This document shows, one piece after another, positions 49,395 to 57,606 of a stretch of DNA of 64,000 bases (position 1 is its first letter; each line of letters begins with the position of its first letter). The stretch is from assembly GCA_023137615.1 (NCBI GenBank), contig JAGLOS010000001.1, positions 1,067 to 65,066 of the forward strand. The letters run 5' to 3'. Below the pieces are notes generated by a model. It was not told the DNA's origin. It saw only the letters and a program-made list of their open reading frames with translations, and did no database searches. Position numbers and translations under genes: made by a program. Source of the stretch: Minisyncoccota bacterium. GTDB lineage: Bacteria > Patescibacteriota > Minisyncoccia > Phycocordibacterales > JAGLOS01.

Positions 49395-49892
49395 ATGGAA
49401 GAGATTAGAGAAAAAAGCCGTGAGGAACATGAGGGAGAAAAGCCGGTGCAATGGCAAACGCCAGAGTTCATATATTATACAAAACATCCTTTTTGGTATT
49501 GGATAGCAGGACTCATTACACTACTTGGCTCATTGAACGCTTATCTTTTAGACAATATTATGCTCTCGACGATCATATTGATCGGGGGAATATCAATGAT
49601 CGGTTTTGCCGACAAAAAACCAAAAATTCTTTCCTGTGAAATTAACTGGAAAGGTGTAACGATAGACGACACTACACACCGTTTTCATGAATTTGTTTCA
49701 TTTTGGATAGTAGAGAAAAAAGATGAAAATCTTCTTTTGCTTACTCCTCAAAAAACAATAGCCCAACAAACTGTTGTTCCTCTCGGCGACGCTGACCTAT
49801 ATACTGTACACTCTATTTTGTCCAAACATCTTCCGGAAGAACAAAGCTCCGAACCTTTCGCTCATAAGCTCACGGATCACTTGGGTTTTTAA
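49395..49892 (+). CDS. hypothetical membrane protein
   Basis: 165 aa, two TM helices, no motif. Confidence 0.4.
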   Translation: MEEIREKSREEHEGEKPVQWQTPEFIYYTKHPFWYWIAGLITLLGSLNAYLLDNIMLSTIILIGGISMIGFADKKPKILSCEINWKGVTIDDTTHRFHEFVSFWIVEKKDENLLLLTPQKTIAQQTVVPLGDADLYTVHSILSKHLPEEQSSEPFAHKLTDHLGF

Positions 49893-50014
49893 TTGTTTTG
49901 TGGTACCTTTCTAAAATATGAATGCGACACATTCTCGTTGTACCTGCCTATCGGCAGACAGGATGTGGTAATGAGAAATAAAAAACATTTACAACAGATC
50001 TTCGAGTACAATAT

Positions 50015-50086
50015 CCTCTCGTCGTTCAACGGATAGGACATAGCTTTGCGGAAGCTAAAATGTAGGTTCGATTCCTGCCGAGAGGA
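50015..50086 (+). tRNA. candidate tRNA-Arg(GCG)
   Basis: 72 nt. Acceptor CCTCTCG/CGAGAGG (7 bp perfect). D-arm GTTC-AACGGATA-GGAC. Anticodon arm TAGCT-TTGCGGA-AGCTA. T-arm GTAGG-TTCGATT-CCTGC. Discriminator A. Unusual C1-G72. Confidence 0.55.
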
Positions 50087-50112
50087 CAACTGAAGAAAGT
50101 GAGGGGGGGGAA

Positions 50113-50131
50113 ATTCCTGCCGAGAGGACAA
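50113..50131 (+). repeat. 19-bp direct duplicate of the candidate tRNA-Arg(GCG) 3' end
   Basis: attcctgccgagaggacaa repeats 50071-50089 after a 23-bp spacer. Confidence 0.65.
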
Positions 50132-50256
50132 ACAGAGACTTCCCGCGCTGTCAGCGCGGAGCGATCGGAGAACAACGAATGCGATCCGACACTTTCAACG
50201 ATTGAAAAAGGTGCAAAAGCGCTTAGTGTTGGCGTTGAGGATTTGATGGAATAATT

Positions 50257-51447
50257 ATGTCGCAAATTTCAAAACAAAAGATCAAAGCAAATATTTGGAA
50301 AACTCAAGTATTCAAAATTGTGCAAAATCTTGCATTTTTCACACCTGTCGCTGTCTTATTTTGGCAGGAAAACGGACTGTCTCTTACCGAAATAATGATT
50401 TTGCAATCACTGTTTTCTGTTGCGCTTGTGTTGCTTGAGATTCCGTCAGGATATTTTGCTGACGTGTTCGGTCGCAGACCGTCACTCATTCTTGCTTCTG
50501 TATTTTATCTTGTCGCCGCAATTGGATACAGCTTGGGACACGACTTTGGCACATTCCTTATTGCTGAGTTGCTTTGGGCTGTTGCATGTGCATTTATTTC
50601 CGGCGCGGACTCCGCACTTGTTTATGACTCTTTGCAAAATGTTGGGGAAGAAAAAAATTATAAACGAATTTGGGGCAGTATTTCGTTTTGGGCCTTTTTG
50701 GCAGTTGCGTTTGGTGGAATAGTTGGCGGTTGGATTGGCAGTATAAACTTGCGATGGACATGGTACGCAATGATCCCAACTTTTGCTCTTTTAATTCCTA
50801 TCGCCTTGAGTTTGCAAGAGCCACACAGACACAGGCGCGTTGTCAAAAAGGGTTACATGTTGGAATTGCTAAAAACGATCAAGAGTATTTTTACCAACAA
50901 CCTAAAATTACGTTGGATCATAATTTACAGCGCAGTGATTCTCACTTTCAATCAAGCGGCTTTATGGCTCTATCAACCGTACATGAAAGAAACCGGGCTT
51001 GATATTGTATATTTTGGAATCGCATTTGCTTCATTCAACGTTGTCGCTGCTATCGGATCAAAATACGCCCACTTGTTTGAGAAACTTTTGGGAATGAAAA
51101 GGGTGCTCATTGCATTACCGATTTTTATATCAACGGCATATTTTTTGATGGGTAACTTCGCAATTGTTCTCGGATTTACTTTTGCATTTCTACAACAATT
51201 CGTACGTGGTGTAAAAGGACCAATCATTACCGATCACATAAATAAACTTACTCCTTCCGATATGCGCGCAACGATATTATCCGCCGAGGGATTTGTTGGT
51301 CGACTTGGTTACGCCGCTGTTATTCCGATTGCCGGCTGGGTTGCGGATGTTTACACACTTCAACAAGCATTCAATATCTTAGGGGTCACAACATTGGTTG
51401 TAAGCGGATTTGTTTTGCTTGTTTTACACAGACAGAAGATAATTTAA
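50257..51447 (+). CDS. MFS transporter
   Basis: 396 aa, 12 TM. D-R/K-x-G-R-like motif in loop 2-3 (ADVFGRRPS). Confidence 0.8.
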   Translation: MSQISKQKIKANIWKTQVFKIVQNLAFFTPVAVLFWQENGLSLTEIMILQSLFSVALVLLEIPSGYFADVFGRRPSLILASVFYLVAAIGYSLGHDFGTFLIAELLWAVACAFISGADSALVYDSLQNVGEEKNYKRIWGSISFWAFLAVAFGGIVGGWIGSINLRWTWYAMIPTFALLIPIALSLQEPHRHRRVVKKGYMLELLKTIKSIFTNNLKLRWIIIYSAVILTFNQAALWLYQPYMKETGLDIVYFGIAFASFNVVAAIGSKYAHLFEKLLGMKRVLIALPIFISTAYFLMGNFAIVLGFTFAFLQQFVRGVKGPIITDHINKLTPSDMRATILSAEGFVGRLGYAAVIPIAGWVADVYTLQQAFNILGVTTLVVSGFVLLVLHRQKII

Positions 51448-51604
51448 TTATCAACAAAAAAGCAAATACTACTACTTAAAACAAGAGAGGTAACTACTGT
51501 CGTGTATAAGCGGTGGGTAAAACCTGTTGTGTGATAATTGACAAATATCCTGTATCAATTAGAACTAATGTAATTATAAGTACCTTAAAATAAATTATAT
51601 AAAT

Positions 51605-52054
51605 ATGAAAAAACATAAAAAAGTTATTTTTCTGGATATTGATGGAGTTCTCAATACTGGAGGATCAAACCATATCCATGGTCACGGGACTGCTATGGAT
51701 AAAAAGTGCGTTGAGGTGTTGAGAAAAATTGTGGAAGAATTTAATGCTGTGATCGTTATATCATCAGCGTGGAGAATCGGTCCCGGAATTCTAAGAATAA
51801 AAAAGGGGTTAAGTTGGGTTGGTTGGGATAATCCGCCCATCATTGGAAAAACTCCCAACCTTAATCTTTTGAAAGAAAGACGAGGAAAAGAGATCCAACA
51901 TTGGCTCTCCCATAATCCTACAGAATCATATATAATAATCGAGGATGAGCCTTGCGACTTATTGAAAGAACAATTCCCTTTTCTTGTACAACCAAGTTCT
52001 ACTGATGGTTTACAAGAAAAGCATCTTCAGCAAATACGCAATATGTGGAAATAA
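51605..52054 (+). CDS. HAD-superfamily phosphatase-like protein
   Basis: 149 aa. N-terminal FLDIDGVL motif I. Small cap-less HAD, polynucleotide 3'-phosphatase-like. Confidence 0.55.
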   Translation: MKKHKKVIFLDIDGVLNTGGSNHIHGHGTAMDKKCVEVLRKIVEEFNAVIVISSAWRIGPGILRIKKGLSWVGWDNPPIIGKTPNLNLLKERRGKEIQHWLSHNPTESYIIIEDEPCDLLKEQFPFLVQPSSTDGLQEKHLQQIRNMWK

Positions 52055-52080
52055 CAAAAAACCGCCTTTCGGCGGTTTTT

Positions 52081-52370
52081 TTATTAGCGACGTAGAGCGA
52101 GCGGAATGTAAAAGTGGAGCGAAACGCAACTTTTACATTTCCAAGCCGAGGATCTAATATCGGATAAACCCGTCTGCCGGCAGGCGGGTACTCCGTCGGC
52201 TTGCTGCGGGAAAATGTGAGCAAAACGAATTCAAAATTGAGTCCAGAGTGAGAAGCGAATACTTGGAGCTTCGCAAGACTCATTGAGAGCTTTTATGAGC
52301 AAAGCGAAATAAAAGATCCAATGAGTGGACAGAACCTGTAAGGTTTGCTCTGGGGTTTAATACCTGTTAT
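52081..52370 (-). repeat. MITE-like repeat family R1, copy B (inverted, extended)
   Basis: Reverse complement of copy A, with the same termini (ttattagcgacgtagagcgagcgg ... tttaatacctgttatt). Carries two internal insertions of about 25 and about 100 bp relative to copy A. Confidence 0.7.
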
Positions 52371-52387
52371 TTTTCAGTTTCTAAAAA

Positions 52388-52657
52388 TTATTTTGCAACC
52401 ACTTTCCGAATCGATCTTACCAGTCGGGATTTTTTTCGAGCTGCATTATTTTTCTTGATGACCCCGCCTTTTACGGCTTTATCGATCGCTTTATATGTTT
52501 TTGAAAGCAACTCTTCCGCGCTCTTTGAGTCCTTCTTCTTTACAAGATCTTTTACTTCCTTTATCGTGTTTTTCATTACTCGTTTTCGACGTTCGTTAAA
52601 AACTCTCTTTCGAAGAGATGCCTCGTGTGCTTTCTTTGCTCCTTTTGTAATTGCCAT
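52388..52657 (-). CDS. rpsT: 30S ribosomal protein S20
   Basis: 89 aa, basic and helical. AITKGAKKAHEASLRKRVFNERRK. Confidence 0.85.
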   Translation of the reverse strand: MAITKGAKKAHEASLRKRVFNERRKRVMKNTIKEVKDLVKKKDSKSAEELLSKTYKAIDKAVKGGVIKKNNAARKKSRLVRSIRKVVAK

Positions 52658-52732
52658 GATTTCAAGAGTATACCGTATATTATGAAAAAAGCAAGAGTTT
52701 CAGAACTCGCTAATATCTTGTATTATTAACTT

Positions 52733-53314
52733 ATGATAGGATATCTCACGGGAAAGATCATCTATAATGATGAAAAACATATCATCTTGGATGTAAATGA
52801 TGTCGGATACAAAATATACGTGTCTATGGACACATTAAGCTGTCTTTCGACAGAAAAAGAGATCTCTCTTTGGATACATACCGTAGTACGTGAAGATACG
52901 CTGGATCTTTACGGCTTCAACACAGGACAAGAACTTTCGTTCTTCAAACTGGTTATTGGAGTATCGGGTATTGGACCAAAGGGGGCTCTTGGTGTCATGG
53001 ATATTGCACCGGTAGAAACACTCACTTCTGCAATTGCAGCAGGTGACACGTCGTACCTTACCAAAGTGTCCGGGGTTGGTAAAAAGATCGCTGAGAAGAT
53101 CGTGCTTGAGCTCAGAGACAAGGTTGACACAACAGGAACGGCTACGGAAGAAACGGGCGTAATACGCCATGAAGACCTCGATGTTCTCGAAGCCCTTAAG
53201 TCTCTCGGTTATCGTGAACACGAAGCAAGGGAAGCGGTCAAAAACCTCTCAAAAAACGTCGCCGGCACCAGTCAAAAAATAACCGAGGCACTAAAACTAT
53301 TAAGCAATGATTAG
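52733..53314 (+). CDS. ruvA: Holliday junction branch-migration protein RuvA
   Basis: 193 aa. N-terminal OB (MIGYLTGKI), HhH motifs (GVSGIGPKGAL..), C-terminal domain III. Confidence 0.85.
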   Translation: MIGYLTGKIIYNDEKHIILDVNDVGYKIYVSMDTLSCLSTEKEISLWIHTVVREDTLDLYGFNTGQELSFFKLVIGVSGIGPKGALGVMDIAPVETLTSAIAAGDTSYLTKVSGVGKKIAEKIVLELRDKVDTTGTATEETGVIRHEDLDVLEALKSLGYREHEAREAVKNLSKNVAGTSQKITEALKLLSND

Positions 53315-54581
53315 CATGGAATTCATTTTGCGAATAACAAAAAAGTTAATTCCGAATTTTATTTTTTCGGCATTACAACCGGTATATCATTATCTTTTTG
53401 CATTCTGCAGCGCTGTTCGCTTCGGTTCCCCCTCCCGAAAGATCTTTGTAGTAGGAGTGACCGGTACCAAAGGCAAATCAAGCACCACCGAGATCATCAA
53501 CGCACTGCTTGAAGGTGCGGGATACAAAACTGCGATGGTAAATGGTATTCGTTTTAAGGTTGGTAACGATTCCATACCAAACAAACTCAAGATGACTATG
53601 CCAGGACGAATGCTTATTCAGCAATATATTAAAAAAGCCGTTGCCGCTAAATGCGATTATTTTATTTTGGAAATGACTTCAGAGGGAGCGAAGCAGTTTC
53701 GCCATAAATTTTTAAATCTTGACACTCTTATTTTCACAAACATATCACCGGAGCATATAGAATCCCACGGCTCGTATGAAAAATATCTACAGGCAAAACT
53801 CTCTATCGCGCAAGAGCTAAAAAACTCTTGCAAAAGAAAAACTACTGTCATTGCAAACATCGATGATAAAGAGGGTGAAAAATTTCTTGCGGCAGGCATG
53901 GGTAAAAAAATATCTTTTTCTTTAAATGATCTTATCTCTTTCAAATTAAAAGATAACGGTATTGATCTCGTTTACATGGGTGAAAAATATTCTTCTCCGC
54001 TTTTGGGAAAATTCAATCTTTATAATATTCTCGCCGCAATGACTTTTGCAAAAAGTATCGACGTTTCAAACAAAGAAACAAGAGAATCTCTGAAAAATTT
54101 TCCCGGTATTCGAGGACGTGTTGAAAAAGTAAAGGCAGGGCAAGATTTTGACGTAGTAGTTGACTATGCTCACACCGCTGATTCACTCCGGCAATTTTAC
54201 GGCGCTTTCGAAGGGAAAAGAAAGATTTGTGTTCTAGGCTCATGCGGAGGTGGACGCGACAACTGGAAACGTCCTGATATGGGCGCGGTGGCTGACACTT
54301 TTTGTGACACGATAATCCTCGCCAACGAAGACCCTTACGATGAAGACCCGATGCAAATAATAAACGATGTCGCCGGTGGAATTAAAAACCATAAGCCAAT
54401 TATTACTTTAGACCGACGCAAAGCTATCGCGCGCGCTCTTGGAGAAGCCCGCGTCGGGGATGCGGTCCTCATCACCGGCAAAGGCACTGACCCATATATA
54501 ATGGAAGCAAACGGTAAAAAGATTCAATGGGACGATGCGACTGTAGCAAGAGAGGAGTTGGGGAAGTTCTTAAATTTCTAA
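53307..54581 (+). CDS. murE: Mur ligase family protein, MurE-like (lacks N-terminal domain)
   Basis: 424 aa. P-loop VVGVTGTKGKSST, GKFNLYNILAAM and DYAHTADSL motifs of MurE-type ligases. Overlaps ruvA by 8 bp. Confidence 0.65.
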   Translation: MISMEFILRITKKLIPNFIFSALQPVYHYLFAFCSAVRFGSPSRKIFVVGVTGTKGKSSTTEIINALLEGAGYKTAMVNGIRFKVGNDSIPNKLKMTMPGRMLIQQYIKKAVAAKCDYFILEMTSEGAKQFRHKFLNLDTLIFTNISPEHIESHGSYEKYLQAKLSIAQELKNSCKRKTTVIANIDDKEGEKFLAAGMGKKISFSLNDLISFKLKDNGIDLVYMGEKYSSPLLGKFNLYNILAAMTFAKSIDVSNKETRESLKNFPGIRGRVEKVKAGQDFDVVVDYAHTADSLRQFYGAFEGKRKICVLGSCGGGRDNWKRPDMGAVADTFCDTIILANEDPYDEDPMQIINDVAGGIKNHKPIITLDRRKAIARALGEARVGDAVLITGKGTDPYIMEANGKKIQWDDATVAREELGKFLNF

Positions 54582-55045
54582 CTATCTAAAATTCTAAACA
54601 ATGCGATCCCCGCTGTCACTGAAACATTCAACGATTCCTTTTCCCCTTTCATCGGTACCTCCGCGATGATGTCACATTTATCTAAAACTTCCTTTTCAAT
54701 ACCATCGGGTTCATTTCCAAAAACAAAAGCTATCTTTCCTTCTACCTTGATCTCTTTATAATCTACAGAATTTTCATTCTGCTCTATAGCAACCACTTTA
54801 AACCCCTCTTTCTGAAGTTTTGGTATTAAATTTTTTATATCTTCTACATATTCCCAATTTACTGACTTCTCTGCACCAAGTGCCACCTTCGCAAGGTCCG
54901 ACCTTGCAATATTAAAACGATCTACCGGCTGTGGAGTATACCCGCACAAAACTATTTCATCTATCCCCGCCGCATCACACGTGCGGAAGATCGAGCCGAC
55001 ATTATAGACACTTCGAACATTATAAAGAATTACTTTTGTTTGCAT
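54578..55045 (-). CDS. SpoU/TrmH-family RNA 2'-O-methyltransferase (TrmL-like)
   Basis: 155 aa SPOUT fold. NVGSIFRTCDAAG and FVFGNEPDGI motifs. Confidence 0.8.
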   Translation of the reverse strand: MQTKVILYNVRSVYNVGSIFRTCDAAGIDEIVLCGYTPQPVDRFNIARSDLAKVALGAEKSVNWEYVEDIKNLIPKLQKEGFKVVAIEQNENSVDYKEIKVEGKIAFVFGNEPDGIEKEVLDKCDIIAEVPMKGEKESLNVSVTAGIALFRILDS

Positions 55046-55166
55046 ATTTCACAACAATATCAGCAAACAACACACTCCACAACCTCTTGTTTTTTCACTC
55101 TTTTGTGGTATTATCGTTATGTTAAACAACTCCCGAAAGGGATTTTTTAACATTAGCTTTTAATAT

Positions 55167-55239
55167 CCGCCCATAGCTCAGTTGGTAGAGCAGTTGCCTT
55201 TTAAGCAAACGGTCGTAGGTTCAAGTCCTACTGGGCGGA
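55167..55239 (+). tRNA. tRNA-Lys(TTT)
   Basis: 73 nt. Acceptor CCGCCCA/TGGGCGG. Anticodon loop CTTTTAA. T-arm GTAGGTTCAAGTCCTAC. Confidence 0.8.
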
Positions 55240-55242
55240 CAA

Positions 55243-55285
55243 GCGCAAAACAAAAGCACCCGTTTAGGGTGCTTTTGTTTTAGCA
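55243..55285 (+). terminator. terminator hairpin after tRNA-Lys
   Basis: gcgcaaaacaaaagcacccgtttagggtgcttttgttttagc. Confidence 0.6.
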
Positions 55286-55469
55286 AGCAAACTGCTTTGC
55301 TTGCGACGCTTGTCCGAGGCGGAACCATAATTTTTCTGTAATGAAATGGAAGAAAAATAGGTGAGCCGGGGTCGCGAGCACTTAGCAGATTTGAATCTGA
55401 GTTTACGAAGATGCGACATTGTTTTCTTATGAGTGAAACGAATTAGAAAACAAGAAGTGCCCTTGTGGT

Positions 55470-55695
55470 GAAAAATATGCTTAGTGACTTGTGACGACAA
55501 TGGATCTGAACGGCGGAGCATGGGTCCCTGCCTGAAACGAAGTGTAAGGTAGGGCTGCGAGCCGCGTCCAGCGACACTTACTAGATTTCGAGTGAAGCGG
55601 AGAAATATAGTTAGTGATTGTGGGACAAGTCCTGTGTTTATCTTTAAATTCGAGCCTTGCGAGAACAAAAAATATGCTTAGTGACTTGTGACGAC
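55470..55695 (+). repeat. tRNA-linked repeat family R2, copy 2, flanked by 27-bp direct repeats
   Basis: The core shares three blocks with 30208-30399. It is flanked by aaaaatatgcttagtgacttgtgacgac at 55472-55498 and again at 55668-55694. Confidence 0.7.
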
Positions 55696-55834
55696 TGTAA
55701 ATCAGTAAACCGGAGGTTTTCCTTGTTTTCCCAACAGAACTTGTGACAAAGTTCTATAAATATTTCTGTCTCTTATAAATTTAAACGTTTTTGCAAAACC
55801 AACACAAGCTATTATTTTCTGTTATCATATACCC

Positions 55835-56077
55835 ATGTCTAAAAAGAAAAAAGACAATACTAATATCGAACATATCGTCTCCGAAATACAATCACTTCAT
55901 GCCAACCTTGATGAATTTCGTAAGGGAATTGAAAAAATAGAAAATTACCCAAAAGAAAAAGATGCTGAAGCGGTCGGCTATCATCATGAAAATCTTGTTT
56001 TGGACCTTAAGCAAATTGCCGACAAAATAGAAAAACTTCCTGAAAAATGGGAGAAAGAAAATACTAAGGACAATTAA
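55835..56077 (+). CDS. hypothetical small protein
   Basis: 80 aa, charged and helical. Plausible RBS. No motif. Confidence 0.35.
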   Translation: MSKKKKDNTNIEHIVSEIQSLHANLDEFRKGIEKIENYPKEKDAEAVGYHHENLVLDLKQIADKIEKLPEKWEKENTKDN

Positions 56078-56784
56078 CTCTTTTGGATAACATCCCAGAC
56101 CGGAACCCCCAGAAAAATAGAGAGTTTTTGTGCATCTTTTCGTATTTTATTTAGGTTGCCATGATCTATCACATTCACCCTTTTGGAATTTTGTAATACT
56201 AAATTGAGTTCATAACTATAATATGAACCGTTTTTGCCAGATATACGCTCCTTTATTATTTGAAGGGCATGGATCTCTCTAAACGGGATCACTTTATTTT
56301 TTTGTCGCTCATCATGTGCCAAAACCGGCTCCTTATATCCCTTCCAAAAAAATCCTCTGCTTTTGTCAAAAACAATAGGTTTTGAAAAAGTTCTTAACAT
56401 AAAAACACCCGCAATAACAAAAATAAGAGGGACTAACAAAAAAGTTATTGGAAAAAGACCTTCCGAAAAAGAACTGTTAAAAAAAGAAACAGCTGTACAA
56501 CCCACACCGACAGCAATAGCTATAAAAAGGAGAGGAAATAGACGAGCCATGGCTGTCGGTTTAAATTCATATCTGGATCGAGACACTTCAACCAACTTAC
56601 GTGTTGCAAAACTCGCGCCCCCACCTTTGAGATGTTTCCAGTTTGTTTTCAATGCTATCGAGTCGTTTATCTTTCTATCAGTAAAAGCTCCGTGGATCTT
56701 TTCTTTTCTTGATCGTTTTTTATTTTTATTGAATACATAAATAAAAATAATTATATACAAACCAAATATGAGAGTATTGAACAT
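56074..56784 (-). CDS. hypothetical membrane protein
   Basis: 236 aa. Three TM helices plus soluble C-terminal domain. Confidence 0.4.
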   Translation of the reverse strand: MFNTLIFGLYIIIFIYVFNKNKKRSRKEKIHGAFTDRKINDSIALKTNWKHLKGGGASFATRKLVEVSRSRYEFKPTAMARLFPLLFIAIAVGVGCTAVSFFNSSFSEGLFPITFLLVPLIFVIAGVFMLRTFSKPIVFDKSRGFFWKGYKEPVLAHDERQKNKVIPFREIHALQIIKERISGKNGSYYSYELNLVLQNSKRVNVIDHGNLNKIRKDAQKLSIFLGVPVWDVIQKS

Positions 56785-56788
56785 ATGT

Positions 56789-57520
56789 CTATAAGTTTAA
56801 CACGAACTTTTCTAACGCAACACCAAGCTCGTCCCCTCCTCCCCGCGCATTGTGGTAGGCATGCAGCAGTGTACGAGAATGATTCTCGAGTTCGTTCTCT
56901 TCAAAATTTTTAGTGAACCCTTTCGTTTTGGTGACCACAAAAGGATGGAGCCCAAGTTTACCGATATTAACCCCCTCTTTCTCTGCGCGTTTCAAAAGTG
57001 CCATATTTTTTATCTGTGTAAAAAGTGTTCCGTGTATTTGCTCCGGAACAACGCCTGCACGAAGAGCTTGAACATAAAGTATCCATAATTGTTTTTTATC
57101 TTTTTTGCCAAGAGCATCGCTGAGTGCAAAAATATTAAATTCCTGTTTTTTCTTTTCAATCCTCTTTGTATCAAAAATCTCTGCTTTTATCGCAACTTTT
57201 TCAATCTTGGTAAATGTCGGCTTGGCAAGTTTATTCTCACTTATCACAAACGCATTCTCCGATTCGGCAAGCTCATCGAGGTGTTTTAAAACAAACTCTC
57301 GCGCGTCTTTGTTTTCCATCACACGATGCAGATGTACAATAAATTTTTTATCAAAAAGCCCCTGACTGAATATCAATTCTTCAAACTGTGCTTCGTCAAA
57401 ACTCTCGTCATCCATCTTAAAAAAACCGGCATCCGGACGTTTTATTTTCAATCCCTCAAGGCGCTTTTTCGCCTGAGTCAAAACTTTATCTATTTCTTGT
57501 CCATATATGAAAACGATCAT
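56789..57520 (-). CDS. holA: DNA polymerase III delta subunit-like protein
   Basis: About 243 aa from MIVFIYGQE, the typical HolA N-terminal pattern. AAA+-like lid. Downstream of polA. Confidence 0.5.
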   Translation of the reverse strand: MIVFIYGQEIDKVLTQAKKRLEGLKIKRPDAGFFKMDDESFDEAQFEELIFSQGLFDKKFIVHLHRVMENKDAREFVLKHLDELAESENAFVISENKLAKPTFTKIEKVAIKAEIFDTKRIEKKKQEFNIFALSDALGKKDKKQLWILYVQALRAGVVPEQIHGTLFTQIKNMALLKRAEKEGVNIGKLGLHPFVVTKTKGFTKNFEENELENHSRTLLHAYHNARGGGDELGVALEKFVLNL

Positions 57521-57606
57521 AAAACTAGTATATAGTATAAAGTATCTAGTATCTAGCAAACACAAAAACGCACGGGCTTCGCCCACATGTTTTTACTTTA
57601 TACTAT

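Noticed and set aside
55264-55668. 134-aa minus-strand ORF downstream of tRNA-Lys
   Set aside because: It covers the terminator hairpin and the R2 repeat element shared with the tRNA-Val locus. The sequence is the repeat, not a gene.
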